This document shows positions 9,004-17,639 of a stretch of 47,016 nucleotides of DNA, one piece after another. Numbering within the stretch: the stretch's first letter is position 1; each line of letters opens with the position of its first letter. Made by a program: the position numbers and the translations under genes. The DNA comes from an uncultured Candidatus Saccharibacteria bacterium (lineage in GTDB: Bacteria > Patescibacteriota > Saccharimonadia > Saccharimonadales > AWTP1-31), in assembly GCA_964536985.1 (NCBI GenBank), contig CAZIBG010000001.1, positions 1 through 47,016 on the forward strand, written 5' to 3'. The notes beneath the pieces were generated by a model. It searched no databases. It was not told the origin of the DNA and was given only the letters and a program-made list of their open reading frames with translations.

Positions 9004-9034
9004 ATTCTACCCCCCCCCCTGAGTTACAATGCAA
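9004..9034 (-). promoter_or_regulatory. Sigma70-like promoter with a G10 spacer tract, upstream of 7463..8965; IS30 abuts the -35
   Basis: Coding strand reads TTGCAT (9034..9029), then tgtaactca + G10 (19 nt), then TAGAAT (9009..9004). Confidence 0.6.
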
Positions 9035-10393
9035 GCCTTGAGTTCAACCCAACGATGCAACACAAGCGGAATAAGCGAGGTGTAATGTGGAAGATTTGGG
9101 TACTGCTCATAGAGGGCGCAGCCGGCAGGCTGCGCGTAAACGGAGAGACCGGTATTTCCAGCTAGTAGTTGGGGGTATGTCCTCCACTGAGGCTTGCCGG
9201 GTGGTTGGCGTCAGTAAACGAACCGGTAAGGTATGGAGAAATGGCAGGAGTCGCCTGTCTGGCAGGAATGAGCTGCCATGTCTACCATATCTACATATGG
9301 AACAAGGGAACAGAAAAACAGGACGACATAATTACGTACGCAAACTCAATGGCTTCTTTCTGTCACTGGAAGAACGAATACGAATAGCTGACCTGCTGGT
9401 ACAGGGCAGCTCCGTGCGGGGCATTGCGAGGGAGATTGGGTATGACCCGGCTACCGTGAGCCGCGAGATACGGAGACACCAAGACAAGTCGGGCGCGTAC
9501 AACCCCTTTCTGGCGCACCAAAAGTCAGTACAGAAACTAGCTCGACCAAAACTACGAAAAATACAAGGTAATACCCTGCTCGGGCAGTATGTACAAGCAC
9601 GCCTGGATCTTCACTGGTCTCCAGAGCAGATTAGTCGTAGCCTGGTGAAAGATTTTCCGTATACTAAAACAATGCGACTCAGTCACGAAAGTATCTACCA
9701 GGCGATCTATGTACAGGGGCGAGGTACCCTACGAAGGGAACTTAAGCAGGTGCTCAGGACCGGACGTGCCCAACGGAAGCCCCACAAAGATCCGAACAAA
9801 CGTCGGCAACGCTACCGAGACCCCATGGTCAATATTAGCGAACGTCCTGCAGAGGTAGCCGACAGAGCCATACCGGGACACTGGGAGGGAGACCTCATTG
9901 TGGGTAGTCACAATGCCTCGGCAATCGGTACATTAGTAGAAAGAACCTCACGGTTCTGTCTACTGCTCTACCTACCAGGCAACCACACCGCCGAGACCGT
10001 ACGAGATGCTATTGTGGCCCAGATGCAGTCGCTACCGCGTACATTACGTAAGTCTTTGACATGGGACCAGGGAGTAGAGCTCGCACTCCACAAAAAGATA
10101 TCTCAAAAACTAGACATGGCAGTATTCTTTTGTGATCCACACTCACCATGGCAGCGTGGAACAAACGAAAATACCAATGGATTACTACGCCAGTACTTTC
10201 CCAAAGGAACAGATCTGTCGGTACACCCGCCAGAGAAACTAAAACGAGTGGCACAAGAATTGAACGAACGTCCACGGAAGACTCTCGACTGGCTAACACC
10301 AGCCGAGAAACTCAATGAGATATTACAAGCTCAGTGATATTATATGGATACTATTTGATTAATGTTTATGTTGCTTTGATTGGTTGAATCCGC
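9035..10393 (+). mobile_element. IS30-family insertion sequence (about 1.36 kb)
   Basis: It carries a single IS30-type transposase ORF. Imperfect terminal inverted repeats occur at about 9040..9061 (gagttcaacccaacgatgcaac) and 10370..10391 (reverse complement ggattcaaccaatcaaagcaac, 16/22). A candidate 3-bp target duplication CAA lies at 9032..9034 and 10394..10396. The paralogous site 13098..13116 (gtgcaatagggtaatggtt) looks like an empty-site version. Confidence 0.75.
9087..10337 (+). CDS. IS30 family transposase
   Basis: Two N-terminal HTH regions are followed by DDE hallmarks: GHWEGDLI, TWDQGVELA and PWQRGTNENTNGLLRQYFPKG. The start codon is GTG. Confidence 0.9.
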   Translation: MEDLGTAHRGRSRQAARKRRDRYFQLVVGGMSSTEACRVVGVSKRTGKVWRNGRSRLSGRNELPCLPYLHMEQGNRKTGRHNYVRKLNGFFLSLEERIRIADLLVQGSSVRGIAREIGYDPATVSREIRRHQDKSGAYNPFLAHQKSVQKLARPKLRKIQGNTLLGQYVQARLDLHWSPEQISRSLVKDFPYTKTMRLSHESIYQAIYVQGRGTLRRELKQVLRTGRAQRKPHKDPNKRRQRYRDPMVNISERPAEVADRAIPGHWEGDLIVGSHNASAIGTLVERTSRFCLLLYLPGNHTAETVRDAIVAQMQSLPRTLRKSLTWDQGVELALHKKISQKLDMAVFFCDPHSPWQRGTNENTNGLLRQYFPKGTDLSVHPPEKLKRVAQELNERPRKTLDWLTPAEKLNEILQAQ

Positions 10394-10407
10394 CAATAGG
10401 GTAATGG

Positions 10408-13029
10408 TTAAGACTTTACACGAATGCGCTTCAATAAGCTCAGACTTAATATGACCAGCATTGAACTGCCGACGATAATATACCGAGTGTTCTGACCGGT
10501 GTCTGCCAATGAACCACCACTATGAGATTGTGGATTGCTGCCATTATCAATATTCGGATTTGAAGTATCTGTAGTTGCACCAAGAACTAAGCCCTTGAGC
10601 AATCTATCACCAAATATATCGTTAACCCACATATTACCTTCTGTATCAACTACTAGACTACCGCTATAGTAACCTAAGAAATTTTTATTAATTTCATCAG
10701 TTTGTGCGTCATCTCCGAATAATCCATAAGGAATAGGGGTAATTAATCGGTATGTGTTCATTTGATCGGAAGTATTGATTGTGACAATATCACCATTAAA
10801 TAGAAGAGCATGGAAAGTACCATCCCCTGCTAAGTGGATAGAGACAACATTACTACTTTGTCCTTCGGGCAAGGCGAACAAGGTTGCCTGACCACTAGCA
10901 TTGACCTTAACTATATTAAAATTATCATCATTAATACCGCCACTTACAAGCCAGGTATTGCCTAATACATCCATACTGATTGTTCTGCCTTCTGCGATTG
11001 CTGATATCGATGAATTGTCTTCTGGAATAAAATACTCTTCAATGGCCCCAGCTTGGTTCACTATCGCTAGGCTAGAAGTATTTTCGATAGGCTTTGCAAT
11101 CGATAATATTATTTGACCATTTGGATCTGTTGCCATTGACCCGACTAAATGATCCCCTTCTAAATCTATCGTACTAGAATCCCCGAGTGCTGAAATAATA
11201 TGTATACTTGATACTCCGAAACCAACAATATAGACAGAACCGCTAGAGGATAGGGCTAGATTAACAAGACCGTCAGTACAGATATTTTCTATTGGGTATA
11301 GATTTGTAACTTCAGTTTCGTAGAAATAATTTACAACTGTGTCATTTTCGCAATCCACATACCAAATACTATTATTGGACGCAATCGCCAAATTGCTATT
11401 ATTAGTGAGGATACTCGGAGGATTATCTTCTGGAACAGGGTAATATGTTGCCTGATCGGAAGAAGGGTTAAATTTCACAAACCGAGCTGGGGACCCGCTG
11501 CCATCAAAGAAGCCGCTTAGATCCAATCCCCAGAGATTTCCGGTAGAGTCCATGGTACGTAAACTGCCTGGGCTTGTTTGAGAGCTTAAGATAATATTAG
11601 GCTCAACAATCTCAACAGTTATGGGATCACTAGTACTTACATTGCCCTCGAAGTCAAAAGCTTTAGCCGTAAGGGTATGCTGACCTGCTGAGGTAGTCCA
11701 GCCATCCACTCCATAACGATTGATCCAGTTTATATCAAATGGACTTCTATTACTCGTATCTATTAGGGTTTCGTCAATATAGTAATCAACCTTAGTGACT
11801 TCTGTATTATCAGTGGCAGCTACGGATATGCTAAGGCTATTAGCTGTACTGTTGTTAGACGGGCTAGTAATACTGATACTCGGGCTGATAGTATCAGTAG
11901 CGACGTAGTCGGACGCATACAGCTTTGAATCTGCTGTTCCAACATAAAGTTTATTGGTAGCTTGGTCTACGGTTATCGAAGAAGTTGTGGATGGGAGGCC
12001 GGATATAGTCTGCCAACTAGTTAGATTTTTGGTCCGAAGAATTATTTTCTCGCTGGACGAGTTATTACAAAGCACATTAAGAAATTCACCAGATGACTCC
12101 ATGTCTAAGATGTAGTCACAGCCATAATTGTCATAGAGGTCTGTCACTTCTTCGTCGTTATAGTTATCTCCATCATAAGATTGCAATCTGTTGCCATCAC
12201 TACAGATTATTTTACCATCAAAAACCATAGGGTTGGGACCTCTAGCACTAGTGCCATTAGTACAGATATTCTCAGATGTACCGGTTGACCACGAAGCACC
12301 ATCATAAATCTGAGTATCAGCACCTTGGCCGTATACGTCTGCCTGCATATACATTTTACCGTCTAAGGCTTTACCCCAATAATATCGTTCAGAGTCATCT
12401 CCACTACCCGGGTTACGATTATTAGTTTGGGCTACTGACCAATTATCTCCCCCGTCTGTGCTGCGCCAGGCATAGGCTGTTTCGGTACTACCTCCAAACA
12501 TCCATAAATCAGTGCCATTGAGTGATTCAATATCAAATACATGCTCAGCATTGAAGGGTGTATGAATGCTCCAATTACTGGCATTATCACCGACAGCATA
12601 ACCACTTGGACAGCTTCCAGAACAGGTAGCATCGATTGTGGTCGTATAAAGCTTATTGTTAATAACCTTCCAATTACCAAGCGATTCGGATGGAACCGAT
12701 AAAACTGAACCATCGAAAGTACCACTGCTTAGATCAAAAGGGTTAATATCTATAGGCCCAGTGTTGGCTTGATAGTCTCCATACGCAGCAAATAGTTTGC
12801 TGTTAAATACTTGCAGATTATTAATAGTCTTACCAGTATCGGTAGTTTGAGCTGCCGCCTGAGGATGAGTTCCTAGAAGCGTAAAGCTCAAAGACACAGC
12901 CGCTTGGACTTTTAAAGTATTAATTAACTGAGATGAGACTAAGCTGGTCAGCAGTACCAATGAGATAAGTAAAAGCTGACAACGTTTTAAATTTTTTTTA
13001 ACATAGTTGTCTTTTTTAATTAAAAACAT
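10408..13029 (-). CDS. Large sortase-anchored surface protein (873 aa) with beta-propeller/BNR-like regions and an Ig-like domain; architecture differs from the beta-helix family
   Basis: It has a signal peptide, an Asp-box-like motif STDGGDNW and an Ig-like stretch (ISITSPSNN...VDYYIDE...HTLTAKAFDFEGN). The C-terminal half is repeat-rich. The sorting signal is LADTG followed by a hydrophobic stretch and KRIRVKS. Confidence 0.8.
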   Translation of the reverse strand: MFLIKKDNYVKKNLKRCQLLLISLVLLTSLVSSQLINTLKVQAAVSLSFTLLGTHPQAAAQTTDTGKTINNLQVFNSKLFAAYGDYQANTGPIDINPFDLSSGTFDGSVLSVPSESLGNWKVINNKLYTTTIDATCSGSCPSGYAVGDNASNWSIHTPFNAEHVFDIESLNGTDLWMFGGSTETAYAWRSTDGGDNWSVAQTNNRNPGSGDDSERYYWGKALDGKMYMQADVYGQGADTQIYDGASWSTGTSENICTNGTSARGPNPMVFDGKIICSDGNRLQSYDGDNYNDEEVTDLYDNYGCDYILDMESSGEFLNVLCNNSSSEKIILRTKNLTSWQTISGLPSTTSSITVDQATNKLYVGTADSKLYASDYVATDTISPSISITSPSNNSTANSLSISVAATDNTEVTKVDYYIDETLIDTSNRSPFDINWINRYGVDGWTTSAGQHTLTAKAFDFEGNVSTSDPITVEIVEPNIILSSQTSPGSLRTMDSTGNLWGLDLSGFFDGSGSPARFVKFNPSSDQATYYPVPEDNPPSILTNNSNLAIASNNSIWYVDCENDTVVNYFYETEVTNLYPIENICTDGLVNLALSSSGSVYIVGFGVSSIHIISALGDSSTIDLEGDHLVGSMATDPNGQIILSIAKPIENTSSLAIVNQAGAIEEYFIPEDNSSISAIAEGRTISMDVLGNTWLVSGGINDDNFNIVKVNASGQATLFALPEGQSSNVVSIHLAGDGTFHALLFNGDIVTINTSDQMNTYRLITPIPYGLFGDDAQTDEINKNFLGYYSGSLVVDTEGNMWVNDIFGDRLLKGLVLGATTDTSNPNIDNGSNPQSHSGGSLADTGQNTRYIIVGSSMLVILSLSLLKRIRVKS

Positions 13030-13073
13030 AGATTGATTACAACTCCCTAAGTTTAAGCAATAGCGTTACTGTT

Positions 13074-13103
13074 ATTCTACCCCCCCCCGGAGGGTTAGTG
13101 CAA
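13074..13103 (-). promoter_or_regulatory. Sigma70-like promoter with a G9 spacer tract, upstream of the 873-aa gene
   Basis: Coding strand reads TTGCAC (13103..13098), then taaccctcc + G9 (18 nt), then TAGAAT (13079..13074). Confidence 0.6.
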
Positions 13104-13157
13104 TAGGGTAATGGTTGCTAGCCTTTAGTAGTTAGTCTCAGTAGTATCTAAGTATTG

Positions 13158-13409
13158 TTACAGATCACCACTCAATATTCGGGATGCCTCAATATAGTGT
13201 TCTAGGTCTTCGGGAGTTCTTTGATCTACTGGCATTGAGAGGAAATCATGGAAGACATCAGATGCTTTCATAAGGTCTTCCTCGTAAGTTGACTCCAGGC
13301 TTGATTCAATCGCTGTACGACCTAGACCTGTTGGAAAATAAGAATCGCATTCTATTGCAGCAATCTCGTTACTAGTTATTGGTTTATCGCCGGCCTTAAC
13401 TTCACTCAC
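13158..13409 (-). CDS. Small acidic protein of unknown function (83 aa), diverged member of the 3-copy family
   Basis: It shares YFPTGLG...TYEEDL...YIEASRILSGDL with the 77-aa copies. Confidence 0.7.
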   Translation of the reverse strand: MSEVKAGDKPITSNEIAAIECDSYFPTGLGRTAIESSLESTYEEDLMKASDVFHDFLSMPVDQRTPEDLEHYIEASRILSGDL

Positions 13410-13507
13410 GAGTTAACTATCTTTTCTTAAATTATTTGGGTATAGATGAATAGTATCTAAAAAGCCTTGGTTGGTTATTGTTTTATACATAATATAACTA
13501 AAGTCTA

Positions 13508-14194
13508 TTACAATACTGCCTCAGCTACAATAATCACCCGAGAGTCATAGGTTTTGCTATCTTTATCAAATCGACCAGTGCACGTTATGAGGTTAAGTTG
13601 CTTAGGTATGGTTTTGTCGCGCACAAACAGCGCGGTGTCGGCCTCTTTAGTGGAAACTGTTTGGACTTGTTTGACTTTGAACTTTCTAACGCTTTTATCG
13701 CCGTAGGTTACCGTAAACGTATCGTCAGACTTAAGCTTACCCAAGTTGAAGAATATTCCTTTAGCATAGAGCCCATGGACATGTCCGTCGATGATACTGA
13801 GACCCGCGTCACCAGGTAAAGAGCCCGTGGTGTACCAGCCAGCCATATGGACGTTGCTTGGTACTACCATCTGGTTATCTTTATCAATGCCTACCTGTTG
13901 GATGAAGCCTTCTGTCTTAATCGTTGGTAGCTGAATAGAGAGTGGTTTGTCTGCGGGGACATTGTAGTTATCTGGTACTGGCTGCTCGCTGGGGGTGTCG
14001 GTAGATGCCGTCGACACCGTATGTCCAGCCGGTACACCGGCATGTTGAATGTTGTACCAGTTTCGTATTGCGTTCAGTCCGACACTAACAAGTACAAGGC
14101 CTACAACAAATAGTACGAGACGAACCTTTCGTTGAGTCTTCGAGGCTGGCCTTCGCTTTGATGAATTACTTCTACGCTTCTTTAATAGAGCCAT
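13508..14194 (-). CDS. Sortase (class F-like transpeptidase), copy 2
   Basis: It has the same His/Cys/Arg motifs as copy 1 (IIDGHVHG, LITCTG, YDSRVIIVA) and an N-terminal TM anchor. Confidence 0.85.
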   Translation of the reverse strand: MALLKKRRSNSSKRRPASKTQRKVRLVLFVVGLVLVSVGLNAIRNWYNIQHAGVPAGHTVSTASTDTPSEQPVPDNYNVPADKPLSIQLPTIKTEGFIQQVGIDKDNQMVVPSNVHMAGWYTTGSLPGDAGLSIIDGHVHGLYAKGIFFNLGKLKSDDTFTVTYGDKSVRKFKVKQVQTVSTKEADTALFVRDKTIPKQLNLITCTGRFDKDSKTYDSRVIIVAEAVL

Positions 14195-14209
14195 AGGTAC
14201 TAATATAGA

Positions 14210-15697
14210 CTAGCTCGTGCGTTGTTGCTTGCGGAATACGTATGTCAGCAATCCAAGTCCAAGTAAACCGACTAATACGTTTAGTATTTGTGTTGTAGAA
14301 CCTATACCGGTATTTGGAGCACCAGCGTTACCACCAGATGTAGACGGAGTGGACGCACCACAGACGGCACCTTCAAATTGGTAGGCACCGACAGATGGAC
14401 AGCTGTCAGGTCGAGCAATACCGCGGGCGTCGGTAGTTACACCAAGCACCGCGCTACCAGCAGCGATGGCTGGCGAACCGGCAAGCAACGCGCGAGTTGG
14501 GACATTGCCACCGTTATTCTGAAGAGGCCCAAGGGTGGAGATAATATTAGATACATTTTGCTGGTCACCGGTTTGGGTAAATGAAGTACAAGAGGCATCA
14601 TCAGAGATGTTGTTGCCAAGTGACGTAATCGTTGGCGTGCCCGTCCCGGAACCACCGGCATTGGGTGTTATATCAATAGTCGAACAGTTGGAAGAATCTG
14701 AACCCGATAGGTTGTCGGCAAATAAGCTGTTACTGACATTGATCGTGACAGATGCAGTATCACCACTAGTTTGCCCAAATGCAGCTGAGTAAAAGGCTGC
14801 TGATTTAGCCCCCGCAACCGGAAACAGGGTGCTCGTAATGCCACGAGTTCCAGTAATTGTCGCATTACTCACCGTCATATTAACCGCCGCATCACTTCCA
14901 GAAGCTATACTTAAGCCGACAAAAGCAGCTGCTACGCTCGTAGCTTTTATGTTATGGATTGTAGTATTAGAGATTGTCGTATTTATAATGCCCATGCCTT
15001 GAACTTGTGTTGCAAAACCAAAAGCGTCCCCACCTGATACAGAAGTATTTTGAATATTTGTTAGGGTGGTATTGTTTACGTTTACCGTAAGTGTCGCCCC
15101 ACCAGTTTCCTGAATATTAAATGCTGTAAGAGCAGTACTACTGTGGGTTATGTCGTGCATATATAGGTTATTTGTTGTTACGCTTTTGTCATCACCCGAA
15201 GTACTGATAATCACTATTGCCGTATCACCACCTGCGTTGGAGCCATCTACTTCGATATTCTGCAAAGTCACATCACAATCTTGTAGACCGATTGCTACAT
15301 TTGCGTATGAAGCAATTTTCATGTCCTGAATCGTAATAGCTACTCCAACAGCTTGTATCCCATCGTAGGCTCCGCTACTGCCATCTATGGCTGTAGTGTT
15401 CATGCCAGCGCCATGTATAGTTACGTCTTCCGTTATTTGAGGTAGATTAGTGTTAAGCGTAATAGTTCCAGCTGGGATGCTAATGGTGTCGCTCGAACCG
15501 TAACTACCACTTGCTGTACAACCGCTCTGGTTAGCTCCTGCGTTAACCGAGTCGATAGCAATAGGCAGCGTACAACCACCACTTACATTCAGTGTTGCCG
15601 CATGCGCCCGACCAGAACCAAAAGCCAAGACTGCCACGAAGGCAAAAGCTGCCAGGATGAGTTTATTTGTTTTAGTTAAATTCAGAATACTGAGCAT
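14210..15697 (-). CDS. Sortase-anchored surface protein with a beta-helix core and a choice-of-anchor-Q-like module (family member, 495 aa)
   Basis: The ORF track extends to 15829, but the family-conserved start MLSILNLTKTNKLILAAFAF is ATG 15697, preceded by an AGGAAA Shine-Dalgarno-like motif. The extra 44 codons read through the promoter, where the C tract is translated as GGG. The sorting signal is GAPNTG followed by a hydrophobic stretch and RKQQRTS. Confidence 0.85.
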   Translation of the reverse strand: MLSILNLTKTNKLILAAFAFVAVLAFGSGRAHAATLNVSGGCTLPIAIDSVNAGANQSGCTASGSYGSSDTISIPAGTITLNTNLPQITEDVTIHGAGMNTTAIDGSSGAYDGIQAVGVAITIQDMKIASYANVAIGLQDCDVTLQNIEVDGSNAGGDTAIVIISTSGDDKSVTTNNLYMHDITHSSTALTAFNIQETGGATLTVNVNNTTLTNIQNTSVSGGDAFGFATQVQGMGIINTTISNTTIHNIKATSVAAAFVGLSIASGSDAAVNMTVSNATITGTRGITSTLFPVAGAKSAAFYSAAFGQTSGDTASVTINVSNSLFADNLSGSDSSNCSTIDITPNAGGSGTGTPTITSLGNNISDDASCTSFTQTGDQQNVSNIISTLGPLQNNGGNVPTRALLAGSPAIAAGSAVLGVTTDARGIARPDSCPSVGAYQFEGAVCGASTPSTSGGNAGAPNTGIGSTTQILNVLVGLLGLGLLTYVFRKQQRTS

Positions 15698-15733
15698 GGT
15701 GAATTTCCTTATATAAGTTATAGCGTTACCGGT

Positions 15734-15763
15734 ATTGTACCCCCCCCCTGAGATACAATGCAA
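15734..15763 (-). promoter_or_regulatory. Sigma70-like promoter with a G9 spacer tract, upstream of 14210..15697
   Basis: Coding strand reads TTGCAT (15763..15758), then tgtatctca + G9 (18 nt), then TACAAT (15739..15734). Confidence 0.6.
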
Positions 15764-15773
15764 GGAACTAGAC

Positions 15774-16007
15774 TTATAGATCACCACTGAGTATTCGCGA
15801 GACATCGATGTAGCGTTGGCAGTCATCAATACTACGATCAGCTAGGGGAATGGCGAGGATACGCTCAAAGTCAATCTTTGCTACAGCCAAGTCTTCGTCA
15901 TAAGTTACAGCTAATTCTGAGGCCAATACTTTAGACCCGAGTGAAGACGGAAAATATAATCCACGCTCGGCGGCTATCAGTTCATAGTCTTGTATTCTGT
16001 CTGTCAT
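15774..16007 (-). CDS. Small acidic protein of unknown function (77 aa), near-identical copy of 65..298
   Basis: ORF track. Only a few substitutions separate it from the copy at 65..298. Confidence 0.7.
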   Translation of the reverse strand: MTDRIQDYELIAAERGLYFPSSLGSKVLASELAVTYDEDLAVAKIDFERILAIPLADRSIDDCQRYIDVSRILSGDL

Positions 16008-16124
16008 CTGTTAACCATACCATGTAGAGCGATATTCTCTAGTGTCCTTCTGCCGTGACATCCACCCGAAAGTCATAAGTTTTACTGGCTTTGTGCATCG
16101 GCTTCCTTCGAACGAACCACGAAC

Positions 16125-17639
16125 CTACTTTACTGCATTCCTCTTGCGTAGTGCGTAGGCAGTAATGCCAAGGCCCAGAGAAGTGGCAATAATCGTCATA
16201 GCTGGAGATACAGCGCCAATACCAGTGTTCGGAGCTCCGGCATTAGTTCCTGCGTTAGTCGTAGAGGCGCCACAGACAGCTCCTTCAAATTGGAAAGCGC
16301 CGACGGATGGGCAAGTACTTGGGCGAGCTACACCACGGGCATCAGTAGTTACACCTAGGACTGCGCCACCGGCTGAGATAGCTGGGCTGCCGGCCAGGAG
16401 TGCACGAGTCGGGACGACACCACCATTGTTTTGAAGGGGACCAAGTGTAGAGATAATATTGCTGACATTCTGCTGGTCACCTGGTTGATTAAAGCCCACA
16501 CAGCTGTCGTCATCTGAGATGTTATAACCGTTAGAAGTAATGACTTGCGTACCATCAGTACCACTACCCCCTATGGCGCTGGTTAGATCTGCGACCGTGC
16601 AGTTAGATGATACACCGTCGTTAAGGTTATCGGCCATCAGGCTATTGGTGACCGTTACAGTTGCATTTGCGCTATCACTCGGCTGATCAACAGCAGAAGC
16701 TGCATAAAAAGCCGCGGACTTAATCCCTGCAGCAGCAGCTGTTCCTAAAGCGCCTCTAAGTCCCGTGATAGTGATGCTTTTCACTGCAGTACTGACAGTG
16801 GCATCACCACCTACACCTGCTGCGAAACTACCGAAAGGTGCAGTAAAATCATCCCCCGTAAAGTCATGGATAGTCGTATTGGTTATGGTGGAATTTATTA
16901 CTCCTCCACCTAGTACCAAGACCTTGATGCCGTAAGTAAAATTGCCAGCGCCGGTATTATGAATATCTGCTATAGTAACATTTTTCAGGTTTACGTTCAT
17001 TGTCCCACCCGCACCGCCTTCGACCTCAATGGAAAGAACATCTAAGAATGATGTGGTATCAAATCCATGGATGTACAGGTTCTCCACATCCATACTTATT
17101 GTGTCTGTCGATCCACCGTTTAACGCCACACCTCTCTGGTCTGCGCCACCACCCGTACCATCAACTTCTATATTTTTTAATACGGTATTTACGTTTTTAG
17201 CTCGTATTGGACGGCCGTCAAACGCAGTGACCTTCAAATCTTGAATATTTACATCAATTAGTGGATCGGAGTCCCCGATTATTGCTTGTATACCCGTGTA
17301 GTTTCCGCTTCCACCGTTGATAATAGTCTGATCCATCCCCGCCCCCTTGATTGCGACAGATTCGGTGATGATTGGTAAATCCGCCGTCAAAGTCTGCGTC
17401 CCCGCCGGAATAGTAATAGTGTCATTGGTGCCGTATCCATTGGGAGATACTACTGCCGTACACCCAGACTGGTTAGCACCCGCATTAACCGAATTAATAG
17501 CGATTGGGAGGGTACAGCCTCCGGTCACGTTTAATGTAGCTGCATGTGCTCTTCCCGAACCAAAGGCCAGTACCGCCAAGAAAGCAAAAGTGGCCAGGAT
17601 GAGTTTGTGTGTTTTAGTTAGATCCAAAATACTGAGCAT
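16125..17639 (-). CDS. Sortase-anchored surface protein with a beta-helix core and a choice-of-anchor-Q-like module (family member, 504 aa)
   Basis: The ORF track extends to 17768. The conserved start MLSILDLTKTHKLILATFAF is ATG 17639, with an AGGAAA Shine-Dalgarno-like motif upstream. The sorting signal is GAPNTG followed by a hydrophobic stretch and RKRNAVK. Confidence 0.85.
   Translation of the reverse strand: MLSILDLTKTHKLILATFAFLAVLAFGSGRAHAATLNVTGGCTLPIAINSVNAGANQSGCTAVVSPNGYGTNDTITIPAGTQTLTADLPIITESVAIKGAGMDQTIINGGSGNYTGIQAIIGDSDPLIDVNIQDLKVTAFDGRPIRAKNVNTVLKNIEVDGTGGGADQRGVALNGGSTDTISMDVENLYIHGFDTTSFLDVLSIEVEGGAGGTMNVNLKNVTIADIHNTGAGNFTYGIKVLVLGGGVINSTITNTTIHDFTGDDFTAPFGSFAAGVGGDATVSTAVKSITITGLRGALGTAAAAGIKSAAFYAASAVDQPSDSANATVTVTNSLMADNLNDGVSSNCTVADLTSAIGGSGTDGTQVITSNGYNISDDDSCVGFNQPGDQQNVSNIISTLGPLQNNGGVVPTRALLAGSPAISAGGAVLGVTTDARGVARPSTCPSVGAFQFEGAVCGASTTNAGTNAGAPNTGIGAVSPAMTIIATSLGLGITAYALRKRNAVK

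Noticed and set aside
15698-15829. A 44-codon N-terminal extension of the 539-aa ORF, and likewise 17640..17768 for the 547-aa ORF.
   Set aside because: The extensions read through the promoter and the C tract (translated ...SGGGYNTGNAITYIRK...). The other five paralogs all start at the conserved M[LQE]SILNL methionine, which has its own Shine-Dalgarno-like motif.
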